Assembly: GCA_963456275.1 (NCBI GenBank)
Contig: CAUOLJ010000003.1
Location: 201 to 64,200, forward strand
Length of the DNA stretch: 64,000 nucleotides
Direction: 5' to 3'
Source of the DNA: an uncultured Candidatus Saccharibacteria bacterium
GTDB taxonomy: Bacteria > Patescibacteriota > Saccharimonadia > Saccharimonadales > Saccharimonadaceae
Position 1 is the stretch's first letter. Every line of letters begins with the position of its first letter. Of this stretch, positions 16,706 to 27,177 are shown piece by piece. Position numbers and translations under genes: made by a program. Under the pieces are notes generated by a model. That model was given only the letters and a program-made list of their open reading frames with translations, was not told where the DNA came from and ran no database searches.

Positions 16706-16760
16706 AAATTCCTCCTGTTTATATAATGATATTTTAGCACCAAAGCGGTATAATAACCAT

Positions 16761-17432
16761 ATGAACAATGACCAGCAAAACGCGAATCTGCGGCCGCCAG
16801 TTTCGCAAACAATGCCAACGATGCAGCCAATGCCCGACCAGTCGCCGCAAGTGACGCCAGCGACACAGCCGTTACCTAGTCAATCACCGCAAATGGCAAA
16901 CCAACAGTCGGCAGTAGAACCTGAAGCGGAGGCGGTTACAAACCCCAACGACGCTCCTAAAGGTATTATTCAGCAGCATCGAGAGTTTATTAATAGTAGT
17001 AATAATATTGTTTTTCACCCAGCGCGCAGTACAATAATTGCCTTGATCGTCTTCTTCGTCGGGGCTTTTTTGATGTTTATTACTCGCATGCAAGACGAGC
17101 CGTTTTTTGGACCTGTAATAGTTAATCTTTTCTTGGTACCGTTTTGCTTGACTCTCGGGACGGCTCATTCACCGTTAGCGAGGCTGCGGCTATGGCGAAT
17201 TGTAAGTTCAATCATGCTGATGCTGAATGTAGGCATGCTATTCATGCATGGTTTATTTGGTATCGCAAAGGACAACGACCCCAGCCCTGCAGTTGGTAGT
17301 ATGCCGCTGTGGATGCTGCCTGCCGAAAAATCCTTGATCACAGTACTAGCGTATATGGTATTTATTATTCCGCCAGCCATTATTTTCTTGGTTACTACGC
17401 TGAAGTATTCTAAGGCTACTCAGCTAAAATAG
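16761..17432 (+). CDS. Hypothetical membrane protein, Q/P-rich N-terminus
   Basis: About four TM segments. Confidence 0.7.
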   Translation: MNNDQQNANLRPPVSQTMPTMQPMPDQSPQVTPATQPLPSQSPQMANQQSAVEPEAEAVTNPNDAPKGIIQQHREFINSSNNIVFHPARSTIIALIVFFVGAFLMFITRMQDEPFFGPVIVNLFLVPFCLTLGTAHSPLARLRLWRIVSSIMLMLNVGMLFMHGLFGIAKDNDPSPAVGSMPLWMLPAEKSLITVLAYMVFIIPPAIIFLVTTLKYSKATQLK

Positions 17433-17490
17433 GCTGTTCACGTTAGTAAATACTTATAATCAGTCAAGCTTTGAATACGTGCTAAGTAGG

Positions 17491-17520
17491 TTGACATAAT
17501 ACCCCCAGGGGGTATATAAT
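17491..17520 (+). promoter_or_regulatory. Promoter with CsoR-type operator
   Basis: TTGACA-N18-TATAAT with perfect palindrome ATACCCCC-A-GGGGGTAT (17499-17515). Confidence 0.88.
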
Positions 17521-17526
17521 AACTTT

Positions 17527-17814
17527 ATGGATACAGCAGATATCAAGCGGCGAGCTCTGCACCGCACAAAAATTATTTTAGGGCAAATGCGCGGACTAGA
17601 GAAGCAAATTGCCGACGACGCATATTGCATGGATATTTTAACGCAAAGCCTAGCGCTGCAAAAGTCGCTGGCATCGCTCAATAAGCTCATTTTGGAGCGG
17701 CACTTGCGCACGCACATTGCTGACAAAATAGCCTCGGGCGATGAAATCCAGCAAAATGAAGCCGTAGAAGAGCTACTTAATCTATACGAGTTAAATAATA
17801 TAAGGACGAAATGA
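17527..17814 (+). CDS. csoR: CsoR/RcnR-family metal-sensing repressor
   Basis: GQMRGL..I..DAYCMDILTQ...HL..H. Confidence 0.85.
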   Translation: MDTADIKRRALHRTKIILGQMRGLEKQIADDAYCMDILTQSLALQKSLASLNKLILERHLRTHIADKIASGDEIQQNEAVEELLNLYELNNIRTK

Positions 17815-18296
17815 TGCACCACGAATCTCACCCTCACTGCAATATAAAAACTTCAACCAAACGCATGGCATTAGCAGCGACTTTGCACTGTTTGGCGGGC
17901 TGCATGATCGGCGAAATGCTCGGTGTCACCATCGGCACGCACGCTGGATTTACACCGCACGCCACGGTAATTTTGGCATCGGTTTTGGCATTTACGTCTG
18001 GCTATACTGTATCAACTATCCCGCTGATAAGCGCTAAGCTATCGTTCATCAAAGCCTTCAAATTGGTTTTCGCTGCCGATACGTTATCAATTCTGTCGAT
18101 GACCATCGTTGACAATATCATCATGCTCGTTGTGCCAGGCGCCATGAACAAAGACCTCACTCATCCGATGTATTGGACAAGCCGGCTGCTATGCATGACT
18201 GCCGCGTTCCTAGTGTCGTACCCTGTTAATTTATATTTATTGCGCCGCGGCAAGGGTCACGCGCTGACTCATCAGTATCACCACCATAATAAATAA
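17811..18296 (+). CDS. DUF4396-like membrane protein, His-rich ends
   Basis: ATLHCLAGCMIGE...YPVNLYLLRRGKGHA. Confidence 0.8.
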   Translation: MMHHESHPHCNIKTSTKRMALAATLHCLAGCMIGEMLGVTIGTHAGFTPHATVILASVLAFTSGYTVSTIPLISAKLSFIKAFKLVFAADTLSILSMTIVDNIIMLVVPGAMNKDLTHPMYWTSRLLCMTAAFLVSYPVNLYLLRRGKGHALTHQYHHHNK

Positions 18297-18383
18297 TAAC
18301 GGCGCGCGGATAAATTCCAAGGAGCCTTGGCTTTTTCCTTGCCAGCTCGCCAGATTTTTAGTACAATCATAAGGTAGTTTTGT

Positions 18384-18459
18384 GGCTCTTTAGCTCAGTT
18401 GGTAGAGCAGAGGCCTGAAGAGCCTTGTGTCACTAGTTCGAGTCTAGTAGGAGCCACCA
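18384..18459 (+). tRNA. tRNA-Phe(GAA)
   Basis: 76-nt cloverleaf, anticodon loop CTGAAGA, CCA end. Confidence 0.95.
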
Positions 18460-18523
18460 GTAAAATACTCTCCCCGCCGGAGAGTGTTTTTCTTTAGGCT
18501 AGAAAGCAGGTATAATAATTTTA

Positions 18524-19141
18524 ATGGGAAGTATTCAGCAAAAGCAAGTATCTTGGCGCGGGCCGATAATTTTCGGTGTGGTCTTGGTAGTGGTAATTGT
18601 CTTGGTGTGCATAGCGACCTACTTTACATTTCGTTCATCGGGTGGCTACACTGCTGTCAAATTGCAACCAGCTCGTGAAAAATTCCCTGATATTCAGGTA
18701 GATAAGCTGTCGCCGCTACGTGCTCGCGCTGTAAATATACTTCGCCAACAGTATGACAATCCGCAGCCTGGCCCGTTTTATAGCCAGGGCGAGAAGCAGG
18801 ATTGGTGCGCAAATTTTGTTAGTTGGGTCAGCCGCCAAGCTGGCGCGCCGCTAACTAATCCGCATAGCGGCGGTTGGCGTATTCCAGGTGTACGCAGTCT
18901 CGAGACATATTATCGCAACGCTGGTAAGTTCCGTGCTGCAAATAGCGGCTATCAGTTGCAGCCTGGCGACGCTATTATGTATGATAACGCCAGCCGTCAT
19001 GGTGAGCACGTGAACTTTGTGCTCAAATACGACAACGGCAAGGTGACGACTATTGGCGGTAACGAGGGCGGCGTGATTAACATTCAACAGTCGGATCTCA
19101 GCCGCGACGGACCGATTCGCGGTTTTGGGCTGCTAGAATGA
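18524..19141 (+). CDS. Membrane-anchored CHAP-domain peptidoglycan hydrolase
   Basis: WCANFVSWV, PGD, HV, GGN. Confidence 0.88.
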   Translation: MGSIQQKQVSWRGPIIFGVVLVVVIVLVCIATYFTFRSSGGYTAVKLQPAREKFPDIQVDKLSPLRARAVNILRQQYDNPQPGPFYSQGEKQDWCANFVSWVSRQAGAPLTNPHSGGWRIPGVRSLETYYRNAGKFRAANSGYQLQPGDAIMYDNASRHGEHVNFVLKYDNGKVTTIGGNEGGVINIQQSDLSRDGPIRGFGLLE

Positions 19142-19186
19142 TGGCTCACATTTCAATTTCTTAACCGTATACGGTATGATAGAATT

Positions 19187-20461
19187 ATGTTCAAAAAGTA
19201 TATCAAGAAGAAGCTTCAAAAGTATGTTGTTAAGTACTTTGAGCTGCATCCGCATGTCAGATTGATAGTTGTTGCTGGCAGTGTTGGCAAAACTAGCACC
19301 AAGCGTGCTCTCGGCAGGTTGTTGTCGCAGCGTTTTCGTGTTCGCATGCATGAAGGCAATCACAATTCAGAAGTGTCGGCGCCATTGGCGATTCTCGGCA
19401 TTAACTTACCAGAGAGACTGCATAGCCCATTGGCGTGGCTGGGGGTTTTTAGGGCAGCGCATCGCCGCGTCTATAGTCCGGCGGATGTTGATGTCATCAT
19501 CCAAGAATTAGGCGTTGACCATCCAGGCGAGATGATGGATTTCGGCACTTACTTGCGGCCGAACATTGCGTTGGTTACGGCGATAACGCCTGAACATATG
19601 GAATTTTTTGGCTCAATTGAACATGTGGCCCAAGAGGAGTTGTTTGTTGCTAAATTTTCTGAGTATACGCTGATTAATCGCGATGATATTGACGGGCGAT
19701 TCGCAGATTTCTTGGAGTCGGCAAACTTTAGTACTTACGGCACGACTGGGCTAGCAGAGTTTCGATTTGAGCAGCAACAGCTTGACGAAAATGGCTACAG
19801 CGGCACGGTTATTGCCCCTAACGATATTCGTTTTCCCGCTACTATTAAAGTAGTGGGCGAGCATAGCTTGCGCCCGATCATGGGGGCAGTTGGCGCGGCG
19901 ATGATGCTCGGGCTGCCAGTGGAAGACATTATACGCGGCCTGTCGCTCCTCAAGCCAGTGCCGGGGCGGATGAATCTGCTGCGCGGCATTGGCGGTGTGA
20001 CTATTATAGACGACACTTATAATTCTAGCCCGGCAGCGGCTCAGGCGGCGCTGCGAACTCTATACGAGTTCACGGATGTACCGAGTCGAGTGGCTGTTTT
20101 TGGCGATATGCTAGAGCTTGGCGGCAGCAGCCAGGCCGAGCACGAGAAGCTCGGTCGCATGTGCGATCCGAATCTTTTGTCGTGGGTGGTAGTTGTCGGC
20201 GTGGCGGCGACGCAATACTTAGCACCAGCGGCCCGTTCGACAGGTTGCCAAGTTCATGTGGCACGCAACGCTATTGAAGCTGGCGAGTTCGTCCGTTCAA
20301 TAACCGAGCCGGGGACGGTAGTGCTGGTCAAAGGCTCGCAGAACGAAATATTCCTCGAAGAATGTGTTAAGGTGCTCTGCGACATGACCGAGGACGCTGA
20401 ATTAGTCCGCCAAAGCGATAAATGGCTAGCTATCAAAGACAAATATTTCCAGCAATTTTAA
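19187..20461 (+). CDS. murF: Mur ligase, MurF-like
   Basis: GSVGKTSTK, DDTYNSSP, GDMLELG, VLVKGS. Confidence 0.85.
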   Translation: MFKKYIKKKLQKYVVKYFELHPHVRLIVVAGSVGKTSTKRALGRLLSQRFRVRMHEGNHNSEVSAPLAILGINLPERLHSPLAWLGVFRAAHRRVYSPADVDVIIQELGVDHPGEMMDFGTYLRPNIALVTAITPEHMEFFGSIEHVAQEELFVAKFSEYTLINRDDIDGRFADFLESANFSTYGTTGLAEFRFEQQQLDENGYSGTVIAPNDIRFPATIKVVGEHSLRPIMGAVGAAMMLGLPVEDIIRGLSLLKPVPGRMNLLRGIGGVTIIDDTYNSSPAAAQAALRTLYEFTDVPSRVAVFGDMLELGGSSQAEHEKLGRMCDPNLLSWVVVVGVAATQYLAPAARSTGCQVHVARNAIEAGEFVRSITEPGTVVLVKGSQNEIFLEECVKVLCDMTEDAELVRQSDKWLAIKDKYFQQF

Positions 20462-20509
20462 TCGTGTGTATAATAGGTTTAAGTTAAGAAGTAAAGGAGT
20501 AAGCTAGCA

Positions 20510-21871
20510 ATGAAACAGGACGGTGCGCCAAAGAAGCCGAAAACCACTAAAAAGAGGGTTTCTGACAAGCCCAAAACCAAGACCAAAACCGAGACCAGTA
20601 AAAAAGCTAAAGTTTCAACAAGCACGACGACACCAGCGCCAGCGCCCGCCGAACAATCCGCTGCAAAATCCAATACTGTGGTAGAACAGCCAGCCGCCGC
20701 TCCGACTGCTTCTAACCAGACTGTGGCTCAACCTATAGCTCAGCCAGCGTTGCCGCCGCAGATGGCGATGGGCCAGCGAAAGTCTAAAGCAGGCTTGATC
20801 ATTGCTATTTGCGCTGCAGTAGTAGTTGTACTGTTGGCGATTGCTGGCGCTACTGCTTATGCGTTTTATCAGAAGCCAGAAAATGTCTTGCTCGACGCGG
20901 TTAGCAAATTACCGCTCGCTACCAAAGTATCAACTAAAACCACGGTGAACTCAAACTTTTCTTATGAAGCCGACGGCGTGAAAATTAAGTTCAAGAGATT
21001 TACATTTGATACAGGCGCTGAAAATACGCCGAAATTTGACGCAAATGCCGAGTTAGTTCTAGAGGTGAATGGCAAGGAGCTGTCTCTCAAGGCTAGCGGT
21101 TTGGTAACTGACAACGGCACGGTCTATTTCAAGGATAATATCGTATCAAGTATCAAGGAGACGTTGTCTATATTACATCAAAAGCTGCCAGCTCAGGCTG
21201 AAAAACATCTGAAAAAGATTGACGGCAAATGGGTAAAGTATTCGCTAGCCGATGCTCGCAAGCAGGACAAAAAATCAGCCAATCAACTGCAGTGTGTGAT
21301 TGATGCCTACAAAAAATATTCCAAAGACGATAAAGCTAAGCATCAAATCTCCAGCGTTTACAAAAAACACCCGTTTATAATTATTGACAAGGAAGTCAAA
21401 TCGCAAAGTGGCAACTTTGGCTACGATGTGTCAGTTGATGATGACAAAGCAGAAGCTTTCTGGAAGGACTTTCGAGAAACCTCTTTCGCTAAAAGCGTTG
21501 AATCTTGCGCGCCGAACGTTTCGTCTTCGTCGTCTGATACTTACAAGTCTGCCAAAAAAGCCAAATCAAAAGCTGACGCTACCATGACCGTTTGGGTGTC
21601 GCAATGGTCGCATGAACTGCGCGGCGTTGACGTTAAGGCCGCTAACCTTAAGACCGATAGCCGTTCCGACAAAAACTACAATGTTAGCGCCAAAACAGTT
21701 ATTGATTTTAGCAAAGGTTCGCAGGTCGCTGTTCCAAGCGATGCCATAAGCGCTGAAGAGTGGGCAAGGGCAATCAGCCAATCTTTTCAGTCGGTAGCTG
21801 GCGGTAGTTATTTATCTGCGCCAACCGTTGATACCGATAATGATTTAGATTATGGCGATTACGACGATTAA
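20510..21871 (+). CDS. Hypothetical single-TM surface protein
   Basis: K/T/P/A-rich N-terminus, TM helix, large extracellular domain. Confidence 0.75.
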   Translation: MKQDGAPKKPKTTKKRVSDKPKTKTKTETSKKAKVSTSTTTPAPAPAEQSAAKSNTVVEQPAAAPTASNQTVAQPIAQPALPPQMAMGQRKSKAGLIIAICAAVVVVLLAIAGATAYAFYQKPENVLLDAVSKLPLATKVSTKTTVNSNFSYEADGVKIKFKRFTFDTGAENTPKFDANAELVLEVNGKELSLKASGLVTDNGTVYFKDNIVSSIKETLSILHQKLPAQAEKHLKKIDGKWVKYSLADARKQDKKSANQLQCVIDAYKKYSKDDKAKHQISSVYKKHPFIIIDKEVKSQSGNFGYDVSVDDDKAEAFWKDFRETSFAKSVESCAPNVSSSSSDTYKSAKKAKSKADATMTVWVSQWSHELRGVDVKAANLKTDSRSDKNYNVSAKTVIDFSKGSQVAVPSDAISAEEWARAISQSFQSVAGGSYLSAPTVDTDNDLDYGDYDD

Positions 21872-21913
21872 TTACTAGAACCAGCTGTGTTTTATCTGTT
21901 ATACTGATAGTTG

Positions 21914-24343
21914 ATGAGACACTATAACCCTTCTGAAATTGAGCCGAAATGGCAGCAAATCTGGGCGGATGACCAGCGTTATCATACGAACGAGTCAAGC
22001 GCCAAGCCAAAATACTATGTGACGGGCATGTTCCCGTATCCAAGCGGCGCAGGCATGCATACCGGTCACTTTATGGAGCATTCCATTGTCGATGCGGTGG
22101 CGCGTTTTCGCCGGGCGCTCGGTTACAACGTAATGTATCCGATTGGCTGGGATAGCTTTGGTTTGCCGGCCGAGAATTACGCTATCAAAACTGGCCGCAA
22201 ACCTCGAGAAACTACCGCTGACAATATTGAGAATTTCAAAAAACAATTGCGCAGTGTCGGTGCTAGTATTGACTGGTCGCGCGAGATCAATACCAGCGAC
22301 CCAGAATACTACAAATGGACGCAGTGGATATTTACTAAGCTGTTTGAAAAGGGTTTAGCCTATCAAAAAGAATCGCTGCAATGGTGGTGTCCAAAGGATA
22401 AGACGGTTCTCGCCAACGAGCAGGTGATTGACGGCAAATGCTGGCGCTGCGACTCGGTCGTTGTCAAGAAGTCGATGAAACAGTGGTTCTTCCGGATTAC
22501 TGCTTATGCCGAGCAGCTGCTTGCCGAGCTGCCAGAGATGGATTGGCCCGACAAAATCAAAATTGCGCAGACTAACTGGATTGGCAAAAGTGAAGGCGCT
22601 GAGATCACTTTTCAAGTTGACGGCAGCGACGATACGATAACCGTTTTCTCGACGCGTCCTGATACGATTTTTGGCGCAACCTTTTTGGTATTAGCGCCCG
22701 AGCATCCATTAGCGCGCACGCTGCTGACCGATGAAACGCGTGAATTAGTCGAGAACTATATTAATGATGCCGTCAAGAAATCAGAGATTGAACGCAGCAA
22801 CGACACCAAAGAGAAAACAGGGGTTTTTAGCGGCAGCTATGCTATCAACCCGGCGACCGGCCAAAAGATTCCAATTTGGATTGCCGATTATGTTCTGGGG
22901 GGCTATGGCACTGGTGCGGTGATGGGTGTGCCAGCGCATGACGACCGCGACTTTGCTTTTGCCGAGAAATTCGAGCTGCCAGTCGTTGAGGTGATAGAGA
23001 GACCCGAGGATGACATTGACACCGACGCTTGCTATCATGGCGAAGGCGTTCTAGTGAATTCTGGCGCTTTTGATGGTACGCGCAGCGAGGATGCTCGCGA
23101 GCAAATTGTCGCTTGGCTCGAACAAGAGGGTAAAGGCAAGTCGCAAATTACTTACAAAATGCGCGATTGGCTAATCAGCCGCCAGCGCTATTGGGGCGCA
23201 CCGATTCCGATTATTTATTGTCCGGAGCACGGTGCAGTGCCAGTTCCAGAAAGTGATTTGCCAGTGCTATTGCCGGATGTCGATGATTTCCAGCCGCGCG
23301 GCGATGGCAAATCAGTCTTGGCGGCGCAAGAAGACTGGGTGCAGACGACTTGTCCAGTTTGTGGCTCTCCAGCTCGGCGCGAGACCGACACGATGGACGG
23401 TTACGCTTGCAGTAGCTGGTATTTGCTGCGGTATACCGATCCGCACAATGCGCAGCAGGCTTGGGCGCCAGACAAGGCAAATTACTGGGCGCCGCTCGAT
23501 ATGTATGTCGGCGGCGATCACGCGACGGCCCATTTGCTGTATGTGCGTTTTTGGACGCATGTCTTTCGCGAGCTTGGGTTGACGGATTTTGCTGAACCAG
23601 TAAAAAAGCTGGTTTACCATGGTTTGATTCAAGCCGAGGACGGCCGCAAAATGAGTAAAAGCCTCGGCAATGTCGTTGATCCGCTCGAAGTCATCAACGC
23701 TGGCTATGGCGCTGACGCCCTGCGCACATTTGAACTATTCCTGGGGCCGATTAACGAAAACTCTAGCTGGAACAGCCGCGGCATTGCTGGCGTTTATCGT
23801 TTTCTTAATCGCTTGTGGACGCTAGTGCAAGAATTTAATGACAGCAACAAAACCGGTACGTCTGATACTCAGAAGCTTGATATCATTATTAATTCTACTA
23901 CCAAAAAAGTCACCGATGACATTCATCGTCTCAGCTTTAATACGGCGATTGCAGCGCTGATGGAATGCGTGAATGATTTGTACAAATTGAAAGTGGCGGG
24001 CTACAGCGAAGATTGGCGCCCGCATCTCAAGACGCTAGTGCAGCTAGTGCAGCCGTTCGCGCCGCATATGGCTGCCGAATTGTGGCAGCAGCTAGGCGAA
24101 ACTTCGCAGCTCGATTTTGCTGCTTGGCCTGCCTGGGATAATGCTAAGATTGTTAGCGGCAGCTTGCTCATTATCGTGCAAGTCAATGGCAAACTGCGCG
24201 CTAAGCTCGAGGTCGCTGCTGATGCTAGCGAAGAACAGATCAAGGATCTAGCGCTAGCCGACGCCAACGTCCAGAAATTCGTGCTGGCTGAGCCGAAGAA
24301 GATTATCTACGTCAAGGGCAAGCTCGTCAATATCGTGGCGTGA
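21914..24343 (+). CDS. leuS: Leucine--tRNA ligase
   Basis: MFPYPSG..HTGH, KMSKS. Confidence 0.97.
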   Translation: MRHYNPSEIEPKWQQIWADDQRYHTNESSAKPKYYVTGMFPYPSGAGMHTGHFMEHSIVDAVARFRRALGYNVMYPIGWDSFGLPAENYAIKTGRKPRETTADNIENFKKQLRSVGASIDWSREINTSDPEYYKWTQWIFTKLFEKGLAYQKESLQWWCPKDKTVLANEQVIDGKCWRCDSVVVKKSMKQWFFRITAYAEQLLAELPEMDWPDKIKIAQTNWIGKSEGAEITFQVDGSDDTITVFSTRPDTIFGATFLVLAPEHPLARTLLTDETRELVENYINDAVKKSEIERSNDTKEKTGVFSGSYAINPATGQKIPIWIADYVLGGYGTGAVMGVPAHDDRDFAFAEKFELPVVEVIERPEDDIDTDACYHGEGVLVNSGAFDGTRSEDAREQIVAWLEQEGKGKSQITYKMRDWLISRQRYWGAPIPIIYCPEHGAVPVPESDLPVLLPDVDDFQPRGDGKSVLAAQEDWVQTTCPVCGSPARRETDTMDGYACSSWYLLRYTDPHNAQQAWAPDKANYWAPLDMYVGGDHATAHLLYVRFWTHVFRELGLTDFAEPVKKLVYHGLIQAEDGRKMSKSLGNVVDPLEVINAGYGADALRTFELFLGPINENSSWNSRGIAGVYRFLNRLWTLVQEFNDSNKTGTSDTQKLDIIINSTTKKVTDDIHRLSFNTAIAALMECVNDLYKLKVAGYSEDWRPHLKTLVQLVQPFAPHMAAELWQQLGETSQLDFAAWPAWDNAKIVSGSLLIIVQVNGKLRAKLEVAADASEEQIKDLALADANVQKFVLAEPKKIIYVKGKLVNIVA

Positions 24344-24555
24344 TCCCGTCCTTGCAGACTCACAAATGGCAAGTAGCGGTTTCTAGCCCTATACGCTATT
24401 ACTTTGTTCATGACTCATAGTCTTATTATAACATAACCGATATAAAAAGTCAATAATTAAAATACGATAACACTACAATGTCAAATACTTGAGAAAAGCC
24501 TCGCTTTAGCGTATAATACTACTAAGTTTATACAAACCGAGAAGGAGAACATTTC

Positions 24556-24702
24556 ATGGCACAGCCAAAGAAACAATCAAGTCCTCGCAAGACTGGCATG
24601 CGTCGCAGCCATCTTGTCGAGAAGTTAGCCAAGCGCGTTAACGGCCATTCGCCAGTCAAGGTATTGATTGGCAAGAAAAAATCATCAACCAAGCAGAAAT
24701 AA
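24556..24702 (+). CDS. rpmF: 50S ribosomal protein L32 (missed by ORF track)
   Basis: MAQPKKQSSPRKTGMRRSH...; AAGGAG SD. Confidence 0.88.
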   Translation: MAQPKKQSSPRKTGMRRSHLVEKLAKRVNGHSPVKVLIGKKKSSTKQK

Positions 24703-24748
24703 CCGTTTCAAACAAAAACGGTGAGATAATAAAAGGAAACAAACGCGA

Positions 24749-25225
24749 ATGGCATCGAATAGACACCTTGGTCGGATTGTTGCGCTGCAAGCGCTATACG
24801 AATTGGAATTGCGCCGGCAGTCTGGCGACACCAGTGCCGCGTTAGACGATATCTTGAAGCGCGACGTCGAGCGTTACCGTTCGGCGATTGACGACATCGC
24901 TTTCGTAGAAGGACTGGCCAGCGGTGTTGTTAGTCAGCAGGCGGAACTTGACCAGCAGCTGCAGCCAATTGCGCCCGAGTGGCCAATTACGCAGATAGCA
25001 CGGATCGACAGGGTAATCTTGCGGATTGGCCTGTACGAATTACTGCACCATCAAGATACTGTGCCGCCGCGCGTCGCCATCAACGAAGCGATTGAGCTAG
25101 CTAAAGCGTTTGGTTCTGATAATTCGAGCAAGTTTGTCAACGGCGTACTGGGTACCGCTTATCGCAAATTTGTCGAGGAGGGGTCAGATAATGCCAAAGC
25201 CGAAGGCCAACAAAAGCAAGTTTGA
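24749..25225 (+). CDS. nusB: Transcription antitermination factor NusB
   Basis: VAINEAIELAKAFG..S.KFVNGVL. Confidence 0.95.
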   Translation: MASNRHLGRIVALQALYELELRRQSGDTSAALDDILKRDVERYRSAIDDIAFVEGLASGVVSQQAELDQQLQPIAPEWPITQIARIDRVILRIGLYELLHHQDTVPPRVAINEAIELAKAFGSDNSSKFVNGVLGTAYRKFVEEGSDNAKAEGQQKQV

Positions 25226-25700
25226 TCATATACGCAAATATTTAACAAAGTCGCGTTCGGCGTCTATCCAAGAAATCGTCCGCGAGCCGACTAGCGGCGG
25301 CGTGATTTTCCGCCACGGCAAGTCGGGTATCGAGATTTTACTGATTCAGGATGCCAAAGACCGCTGGACAATTCCCAAAGGCCACATCGAGGAGGGTGAG
25401 ACGGCCGTGCAGACTGCTCGCCGCGAAATTGGCGAGGAAGCTGGCTTGCACGACGTCGATATGCTAGGCTGGCTGGGCAAGATTCATTTTCGCTATCGCC
25501 GTCTCGATAAGCTCGTTTTGATGACGACGCAAATTTATTTGGTGCGCGTTCGTACCAGCGGCGATGAAATCCAGAAAGAGGATTGGATGAAAGGTATCAA
25601 ATGGTTCCCGTTCAACGAGGCGCTCGAGCTGATCGAATACGAAGACATCGCCAAGCTAATGCTGAAAGCTAAAACGCGGATCCGCCAAGAAAACTTATAA
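25191..25700 (+). CDS. NUDIX hydrolase
   Basis: PKGHIEEGETAVQTARREIGEEAG Nudix box. Confidence 0.92.
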   Translation: MPKPKANKSKFDHIRKYLTKSRSASIQEIVREPTSGGVIFRHGKSGIEILLIQDAKDRWTIPKGHIEEGETAVQTARREIGEEAGLHDVDMLGWLGKIHFRYRRLDKLVLMTTQIYLVRVRTSGDEIQKEDWMKGIKWFPFNEALELIEYEDIAKLMLKAKTRIRQENL

Positions 25701-25727
25701 ACTTACAAAATACGAAAAGGAGGAAAG

Positions 25728-26438
25728 ATGAGTGGTATGCCAACCGGGCCGTACCAAGATTGGGCGAAGCAGAAATTAGGTTTTGAATATAAAGACATTC
25801 AGCTTCTGATTACTGCTTTGACACATCGCAGCTACGTCAACGAGCACAAAAAATCGGTGAGCGAGCACAATGAGCGCTTAGAATTTCTGGGCGACGCCGT
25901 GCTAGAACTAGCGGTAACGGACTATTTATACAAACATTACAGTGAACCGGAAGGTATCTTGACTAGCTGGCGGGCGGCGCTAGTTAACACCACTAGCAAC
26001 GCTAAATCTGGCGAAGAGCTTGGTTATGAGCCATTGGTGCGGATGAGCCGCGGAGAGAAGCATGGTTCCGAGCGGGCGCGCCATCAGATTCTAGCTAATG
26101 CTTACGAAGCGGTGATTGGTTCGATTTATTTGGAGCGCGGCTATGATGACGCGGTGGCCTTTATCGAGAAGCACACAATCAGTAAGCTTAAAGGGATTTT
26201 AGAGAGCGGCTCTTGGCGCGACCCTAAAAGCCATCTGCAAGAAATCAGCCAGCGCGTTGACGGCGCTACGCCAGTCTACAAAGTCATCGCCGAAGACGGC
26301 CCAGACCACGACAAGGTCTTCACGCTCGGCGCTTATGTCGGCGACAAACTGATGGGTAAAGGCATCGGCCCTAGCAAACAAACCGCCCAGCAGCAAGCCG
26401 CCAAGGCAGCGCTGGAAGAGTATAAGAAACGACAATAA
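25728..26438 (+). CDS. rnc: Ribonuclease III
   Basis: NERLEFLGDAVL plus dsRBD. Confidence 0.97.
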   Translation: MSGMPTGPYQDWAKQKLGFEYKDIQLLITALTHRSYVNEHKKSVSEHNERLEFLGDAVLELAVTDYLYKHYSEPEGILTSWRAALVNTTSNAKSGEELGYEPLVRMSRGEKHGSERARHQILANAYEAVIGSIYLERGYDDAVAFIEKHTISKLKGILESGSWRDPKSHLQEISQRVDGATPVYKVIAEDGPDHDKVFTLGAYVGDKLMGKGIGPSKQTAQQQAAKAALEEYKKRQ

Positions 26439-26544
26439 AAAAGCCTGTTTCCAGGCATAAAACTATTAACTAATTTGAAGTTGTGATTGCCCGCAGCCGG
26501 ACTGCGCAGGAGCTAGGCTCGACTGCGGGCAATCTGGCTACGGG

Positions 26545-26832
26545 CTAGTTGGTCGTGTTCTCTCTGTGATGCTTATCTTTGTTCTCTAAAAGGAGAACAA
26601 AGATAGCGGGAGTGACTATTACTTCATAAACGACAAGGAGAAACTTAAATGACACAACTATGAACGTTAGGTTATAGTTGCTGATCAGTCTCCACGTCTC
26701 GACGTGGCTACCGGTAGCCACGATAGATGCCGTCCAAACAGCCCACTCAACGTGGTGATTGCGGCTGATCGCCAGCCGCAAAACAGCGATAGGAGCGACA
26801 AGGGCAGTGGTGACGACGAGTACGAAAAACAT
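26545..26832 (-). CDS. Small hydrophobic orphan protein (95 aa)
   Basis: AAGGAGG SD, own promoter upstream, GC hairpin downstream (26486-26533). Confidence 0.55.
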   Translation of the reverse strand: MFFVLVVTTALVAPIAVLRLAISRNHHVEWAVWTASIVATGSHVETWRLISNYNLTFIVVSFKFLLVVYEVIVTPAIFVLLLENKDKHHRENTTN

Positions 26833-26856
26833 CTTTCCTCCTTCAGAGGAACGAGC

Positions 26857-26943
26857 TTGCTCAAGCAGGGGCTACTTCTCGCCCCTTACAAACCTGGGCA
26901 AAAAGCTTGATACTTATATATCACGCATGAATCGCCATGTCAA
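26857..26943 (-). promoter_or_regulatory. Promoter plus hairpin leader, copy B
   Basis: TTGACA-N17-TATATA, then TTGCCCAGG..GGGGC-GAGAAGTA-GCCCC..CTTGAGCAA; homologous to 28682-28766. Confidence 0.7.
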
Positions 26944-27177
26944 CGGTTTTTGCAATTATTTCGCAAAAATTGCAAATTTTAAGTATTTTTGAGCCGTTTT
27001 GGCCGTTTTTGCGCCCTCTAGCGGCGTTTTCTGCCTGAATTGGCCTATGAGGCTAGACTTGAATGAAAAGGTGTCTAGGTAGCGCTTAGGTGCTTTGTTG
27101 ACATTTTACCCGTAACACGCTAGAATATGACAGAAGTAACAATAGTACTAACGTGAAGTAAAGGAAGTTTTAATTTT

